A DNA stretch of 64,000 nucleotides. Source: Geopsychrobacteraceae bacterium. Lineage in GTDB: Bacteria; Desulfobacterota; Desulfuromonadia; Desulfuromonadales; Geopsychrobacteraceae. The position numbers and the translations under genes are program-made. The notes beneath the pieces are model-generated. The model saw only the letters and a list, made by a program, of their open reading frames with translations. It made no database searches and was not told where the DNA came from. Positions within the stretch are counted from its first letter, which is position 1, and the number at the start of each line of letters is the position of its first letter. Location of the stretch: NCBI GenBank assembly GCA_963662315.1, contig OY759353.1:2176001-2240000 (forward strand), in the 5' to 3' direction. Of the stretch, positions 59,554 through 64,000 are shown piece by piece.

Positions 59554-60225
59554 TTATTTCAGGATATTCTGCATCTGCGCGCGAAACTTTCCCGCTCCGC
59601 CATTAGCGGGATGGCGCACCTTAAGAGCTGGAATGTTTAAATGTACCAGCTGAGCAGCCGCCTTTTCCCCGATGGCGACAACATGCCTGAAGGTGCCGAT
59701 GGTAAGCAACTGCTGTAACACGGCATGTCCAGCAGCCAGTTCTTCATCGCGTGGCGTCCGGTTGGAAAGCAAACCGCGAGCAGGGTGATAAGGGTGCCAG
59801 GGAAATGCATTCCACAGAATCACGCGGCGCGGATCAATCCCCTGATCGGCAAAAAAGCCCCAGACAATGGTTGCCGTCGGCTCAGTAAAACCGGTCGGAC
59901 GAACTTCCGGTTTACTGGTGCGCTGCGGCGCAATCTGCCTGAAAACCATCTCAGGGGTCAGCTGTTTATGTCCCAGTTCCCCAAGCAGTAAGCGTTCGGA
60001 CGTCATCGGGATCCCACTGAAATGCCCTCCTTGATAACCAATGGCCTCGGCACATAACAAGGTATCCGCAACACCGATTCTCTCAGAAAGATAACAAGCC
60101 AGCTGGCGGCGGCGAACCTCGGGCCCATGCTGGCCGAGGTCATGGTCCTGATCTGTCTCTCCCCAGGGATTAAAAACTCCAGAACTGCGATATCCTGCAA
60201 GAGATGCGACAAAAGACTCAACCAT
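59554..60225 (-). CDS. Uracil-DNA glycosylase-like protein
   Basis: AEAIGYQG, EPTATIVW, WNAFPWHP, NRTP and RHPANGG motifs. Confidence 0.8.
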   Translation of the reverse strand: MVESFVASLAGYRSSGVFNPWGETDQDHDLGQHGPEVRRRQLACYLSERIGVADTLLCAEAIGYQGGHFSGIPMTSERLLLGELGHKQLTPEMVFRQIAPQRTSKPEVRPTGFTEPTATIVWGFFADQGIDPRRVILWNAFPWHPYHPARGLLSNRTPRDEELAAGHAVLQQLLTIGTFRHVVAIGEKAAAQLVHLNIPALKVRHPANGGAGKFRAQMQNILK

Positions 60226-60514
60226 GGGGAATTTCCCGGATCAGAATGAAGGGCTTAACGATCAGCATCTGAAACGGCCTGGCCAGGTTATTCTCCCAAC
60301 ATTCAAGTTGGCTGGCTATCGGTTTGGACAATACTCCGGAAGCGATCCAGGTCTGCACAGCATCTTTATCATCCTGGGCGACAGCTACCGCAGCCGCCAC
60401 CAGGTCAAGCCTGTCAGCAACCACAATAATGGCGTCGCGCTGCAGATGAATTCGCAATTCTCGCCACGTCACTGTGGCAAGATCTTTCTTAAAGGTGGTT
60501 GTCAAATCTTCCAT
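60218..60514 (-). CDS. DUF2288 family protein
   Basis: WRELRIHLQRDAIIVV..LDLV..AVAQDD..V..W and LIVKPFIL motifs. Confidence 0.75.
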   Translation of the reverse strand: MEDLTTTFKKDLATVTWRELRIHLQRDAIIVVADRLDLVAAAVAVAQDDKDAVQTWIASGVLSKPIASQLECWENNLARPFQMLIVKPFILIREIPHG

Positions 60515-60892
60515 TGGCACTCCTGCAAACAAATTCATAACAATCAAAATGAAAGTTTGAGAATACTCAGCTAGAAAATCAGCGTCAAGCGGATCGAAAC
60601 CTACCCTCTGCTCTTGCAGCCAATAAATATACTAAAGAATTTCTCTCAACATTCCGAAAAAGATGATAGAATTCGTACAATTATAACAGGTCGCTCCCCA
60701 CCGCACCTCTTTTCGGGGCAAATTTCGCGTTGCGGCATTAACGCTTTTTTTTTCACAAGGCCAAGAATTTCAGGCCCTTTGAATAGAAGTATTAACGAAT
60801 TGTGCAACACGGATAATGATGCAGATTGATGTAACTGATACGTCACAGAAACGTAATCAAAACAAAAACCTGAACGGTCCTGGTCCAGACGC

Positions 60893-62428
60893 ATGGTTGA
60901 TAAAAAAAATGAGCAACGTATTGAGGTAGGGATGAAACACATCGGTGACTTTGTGACCGATGCCTATTCTCTTCACCTTGATTTCCGCAATAACGAACTT
61001 GAATGCATTGCCAGCATTGAAGTACGTGATAAAGATAACAGTATCGCGCCCGCAAAAATCATCAGCCTGCTGCGTAACAATGATATTATCCATTCCATCG
61101 ATCTCGAGCAGATTGCCATATTCTGCGGCGAAGCCGCCCAGGGCCAATCCCTGGAAAATTTTGTCCTTGCGGCGGGGAAAACTCCTACCCACGGCGAAGA
61201 TGGCTGGTTTGAATTGATTGTCAGTACCGGCAACAAGGAAGAAGAACTGGTAGAAGACGAACAAGGCCGGGTCGATTTTAAAGCGATTCAAAGTTTTTCA
61301 AACATTGAAGCCGGTCAAGTTATTGGCAAAATCTATCCTCCAACTTCTGGTGAAAACGGCATTACTGCAACCAACAAACCGATTCCCGCCAAACCGGGCA
61401 AACCAAGCCCGGTACGCGCTGGCAGCGGTGTCAAGATGAGCTCTGACGGAACCAAGTTCATCGCTGAACTATCCGGCCGCGCCGTATTTGATAAAAATAT
61501 TCTCAGCGTTGTCGAAGAAATGGTCATCAGCGGTGACGTAGATTTCCATGTTGGGCATATCTCTTTCAATGGCTTTGTTGAAATTAAAGGGGATGTGCTC
61601 GATGATTTCAATATCTCCGCCACCAAAGGGATCAGTGTCACCGGAACCGTCGGTGCGTGCCAGATTAAATCAGGAGGACCCGTCACCCTGGGCAGTATGG
61701 CCGGCAAAGGGATTGGTAAAGTTGAGTGCCAAGGGGCGTTTCGCAGTCGTTACCTGAACCAGGCGCTGATAGAGTGCCATGGTGACATTTATCTCGAATA
61801 CGAAATGCGCAACTCAATCCTAAAATCTACCGGGGTCATCTATTGTCAGAAAGGGGTTATTTCCGGTGGAGAATGCGTGGCCCTGGAAGGGATCGAAGTC
61901 AAAACTCTCGGAGCTCGGGCTGGGGCGAGAACAGTAGTAACCGCAGGAGTTTACTTTCCCGAAGCCGATCGTCTGACGTTTTTGCGCAAACGCACCAAAA
62001 GCGTGTCCGAGCAAATCAAGACTATCAGCGACACTCTGGTCGGCTTAAATAAAAAACCTTTGGAGACATTGCGTCCAGCCCTGCGCGAGGCGTTTGAACT
62101 ACGCATTGACATTCTGACCCAACGGAACAACAATCTTGAGGAAGAGAACGAAACCCTGAAAAAAGAACTCGCCAGTTTCAAATTCAGTCAACATGCCACG
62201 GCCAATCCGAAAATCAATGTCCTGGGTGACCTCCGGGAAAAAGTAACGATCTCTCTCGGCGATGCGACCGAAGAAGCGGTCATGGACATTTCCGGTCCAC
62301 TATCGATTGTTGAGAATTCAAAAACTGGAGGCTTACGTTACCTCACCTATTCCCCGCTGCAGGTTTCAGCCAGAGAACTCGAATTAACAGAAGAAGAGGA
62401 AGAAGGGTTGGAAACCCCGGAAGCCTAG
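60893..62428 (+). CDS. FapA (DUF342) flagellar assembly-associated protein
   Basis: GRVDFK, GDVDFHVGHI.F.G.V.I.GDV beta-helix and a C-terminal coiled coil. Confidence 0.85.
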   Translation: MVDKKNEQRIEVGMKHIGDFVTDAYSLHLDFRNNELECIASIEVRDKDNSIAPAKIISLLRNNDIIHSIDLEQIAIFCGEAAQGQSLENFVLAAGKTPTHGEDGWFELIVSTGNKEEELVEDEQGRVDFKAIQSFSNIEAGQVIGKIYPPTSGENGITATNKPIPAKPGKPSPVRAGSGVKMSSDGTKFIAELSGRAVFDKNILSVVEEMVISGDVDFHVGHISFNGFVEIKGDVLDDFNISATKGISVTGTVGACQIKSGGPVTLGSMAGKGIGKVECQGAFRSRYLNQALIECHGDIYLEYEMRNSILKSTGVIYCQKGVISGGECVALEGIEVKTLGARAGARTVVTAGVYFPEADRLTFLRKRTKSVSEQIKTISDTLVGLNKKPLETLRPALREAFELRIDILTQRNNNLEEENETLKKELASFKFSQHATANPKINVLGDLREKVTISLGDATEEAVMDISGPLSIVENSKTGGLRYLTYSPLQVSARELELTEEEEEGLETPEA

Positions 62429-63831
62429 CGCTCCCGGAGTCTGCCAATAACTCTCGTCGCCATTTTGTTGGCGGCATTGATACAGTCATTCAAACTGATG
62501 CCACTGAAAGCATTTCCCGTCACCAGCAGATCCGGGAGATGACTCAAGTTATCCATAATTCCAGCAACACGTGTAGCGTGGCCTTGGGTATATTGAGGAA
62601 TCGCTTGGGAGTGGCGGAAGACCCGGATAAATTCAGGGTCGCATTGAATGCCCATAATCTGCTTCAGATCATGCTGTGTTTTGGCAATAACCTCGCCCTC
62701 GCTCAATGTGATTGCTTGTGGATTTGTCGCCCCGCCCATCATTGAGCGCAGCAACACCTTCCCTTCCGGCGCCCGCCGGCTGAAAATGCTTGAATCCCAC
62801 AGAGTGCCCAAGGTACTGCACCCTTCCGCACGAGGAATGAGATACCCGAACCCGTTTAGGTCGTGGGCGACAGCAGTTTTTTCATAACCAAAACAGACAA
62901 CATTCATGGGCGCATATGGAATTTCATTGAGCAACTCCGCAGCCTGAGACGCCTGTTCAGCCAAGATATCGGCCAGCGCGTAAGCAGGGAGCGCTGTTAT
63001 CACAAATTCAGCTTCGTGACTGCTGCCGTCCTCGAGTTCAAGCAAAAAGCCGCCCTTCTTGGGCGTTAACCTGCGCAGGCCATGTCCGAACAATGTTTGC
63101 CCTTTCACTTGCCGGGCAACACTGTCGGTCAGATACTGAATACCACCACTGAACGAGGTGAGGACTCCCCCGGGGCCGGCTGCACTGGCAACAACCTTGC
63201 CAGCCTGCTGTTCCGCGCGTTTTTTCTTGGCCAGCTTCAACATTGCTCGGATCAACCCACCATACTCCTGCTCCAGCTCATAAATCCTGGGAAAACAGCT
63301 TTTCAGGCTCATCTCTTCCGGATTTCCGGCAAAAATCCCTGACACCATTGGTGAAATCAGTTTATCCAGGGCCTCTGCCCCTAGCCGGCGTCGGCCAAAA
63401 TCGGCCAGAGTTTCGTCATCGCCTGCGGTTTTTCTGGGGATCACCAGTTCAGCCGCCAGCCGCATTTTGCCCGGCCAAGAGATAAGCGGAGATTGGAGAA
63501 AAGACATTGCGTTTTCCGGTAACCGATTCAGCCTCTTGTTGGAGTAAATAAAGCGCTTGCGGGCGTTATCGTCAGAACGCAGCAGATGTTGACCGATCCC
63601 CAGCTGGGCACATAGTTCAAGGGTCATCGGCTTATTATCAAGGAAACCGTTCGGTCCCCACTCGCAGAGATATCCTTCTTCCTGACGAGACCAGATTTTC
63701 CCCCCCAGGCGCTGTTCTTTTTCAATAATCAGGGTTTCTACCTCAAGGTTGGCACCAGCTGCTTCGCGTTCGATGGCAAACGCTGTGGCAAGACCGGAAA
63801 TACCTCCACCGATAACAGCAATACGGGTCAT
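62425..63831 (-). CDS. hemG: Protoporphyrinogen/coproporphyrinogen oxidase (HemY-type)
   Basis: IGGGISGL, EWGPNGF, SGIFAG, GFGYL and AIPQY motifs. Confidence 0.9.
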   Translation of the reverse strand: MTRIAVIGGGISGLATAFAIEREAAGANLEVETLIIEKEQRLGGKIWSRQEEGYLCEWGPNGFLDNKPMTLELCAQLGIGQHLLRSDDNARKRFIYSNKRLNRLPENAMSFLQSPLISWPGKMRLAAELVIPRKTAGDDETLADFGRRRLGAEALDKLISPMVSGIFAGNPEEMSLKSCFPRIYELEQEYGGLIRAMLKLAKKKRAEQQAGKVVASAAGPGGVLTSFSGGIQYLTDSVARQVKGQTLFGHGLRRLTPKKGGFLLELEDGSSHEAEFVITALPAYALADILAEQASQAAELLNEIPYAPMNVVCFGYEKTAVAHDLNGFGYLIPRAEGCSTLGTLWDSSIFSRRAPEGKVLLRSMMGGATNPQAITLSEGEVIAKTQHDLKQIMGIQCDPEFIRVFRHSQAIPQYTQGHATRVAGIMDNLSHLPDLLVTGNAFSGISLNDCINAANKMATRVIGRLRER

Positions 63832-64000
63832 TGAAATCTCCTCAAAAAAGATCAGTTCCGGGCACGCCTGTCAGGCCGCAGACCAGACTGTCGGGTTAAA
63901 GCTAATGATAAACAACTTTGAAACATGAAAACAACCGAGCCCGCAAACGTCCCAATATCACATTCACGGGGTTTGATCGCTTCAGAAAAGGGAACAAACA

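Noticed and set aside
1..64000. tRNA, rRNA or riboswitch genes
   Set aside because: None were recognised by eye; a covariance-model search would be needed to exclude small RNAs.

Overview
A 64-kb bacterial chromosomal window, probably from a Desulfuromonadales-type deltaproteobacterium; this is inferred from its sigma54 regulators, Tat flavocytochrome, multiheme cytochrome c and FapA. Left to right it holds: a partial kdgK; a sigma54-driven nucleoside ABC transporter with codA; and a LysR-controlled cluster of two exported rhodaneses, a CCG Fe-S protein and a DoxX/MauE protein. Next is an accessory region (about 11.8-28.7 kb, AT-rich from about 16.2 kb on) with a PAAR-like DUF4150 gene, a 1190-aa MIX/VasX-like T6SS effector and six tandem, overlapping Sel1-repeat lipoprotein paralogs (order A-B-A-B-B-A, the last split by an IS256). 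That region ends with a beta-propeller/Sel1 fusion lipoprotein and a DUF805 gene bracketed by 105-bp hairpin-containing direct repeats beside a Y1/RAYT transposase remnant. The remainder contains: an XRE-2TM gene; a DUF1127/MocR/LysE module; a DUF2126-transglutaminase / circularly permuted ATP-grasp-alphaE / transglutaminase operon; mgtE; an XylR-regulated flavoprotein-tetraheme cytochrome-porin-tatA operon; a dCache kinase/sigma54 regulator/TRAP/gabT/gabD module; a KAP NTPase with a UDG-like gene; FapA; and hemG. The most striking structure is the Sel1 lipoprotein array. It has homogenised 163-bp junction repeats, largely shared repeats 1-3, strongly diverged distal repeats and fixed gene lengths, which suggests a recombination-diversified immunity or receptor array. 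All assignments are from motif recognition by eye; no database searches were run.
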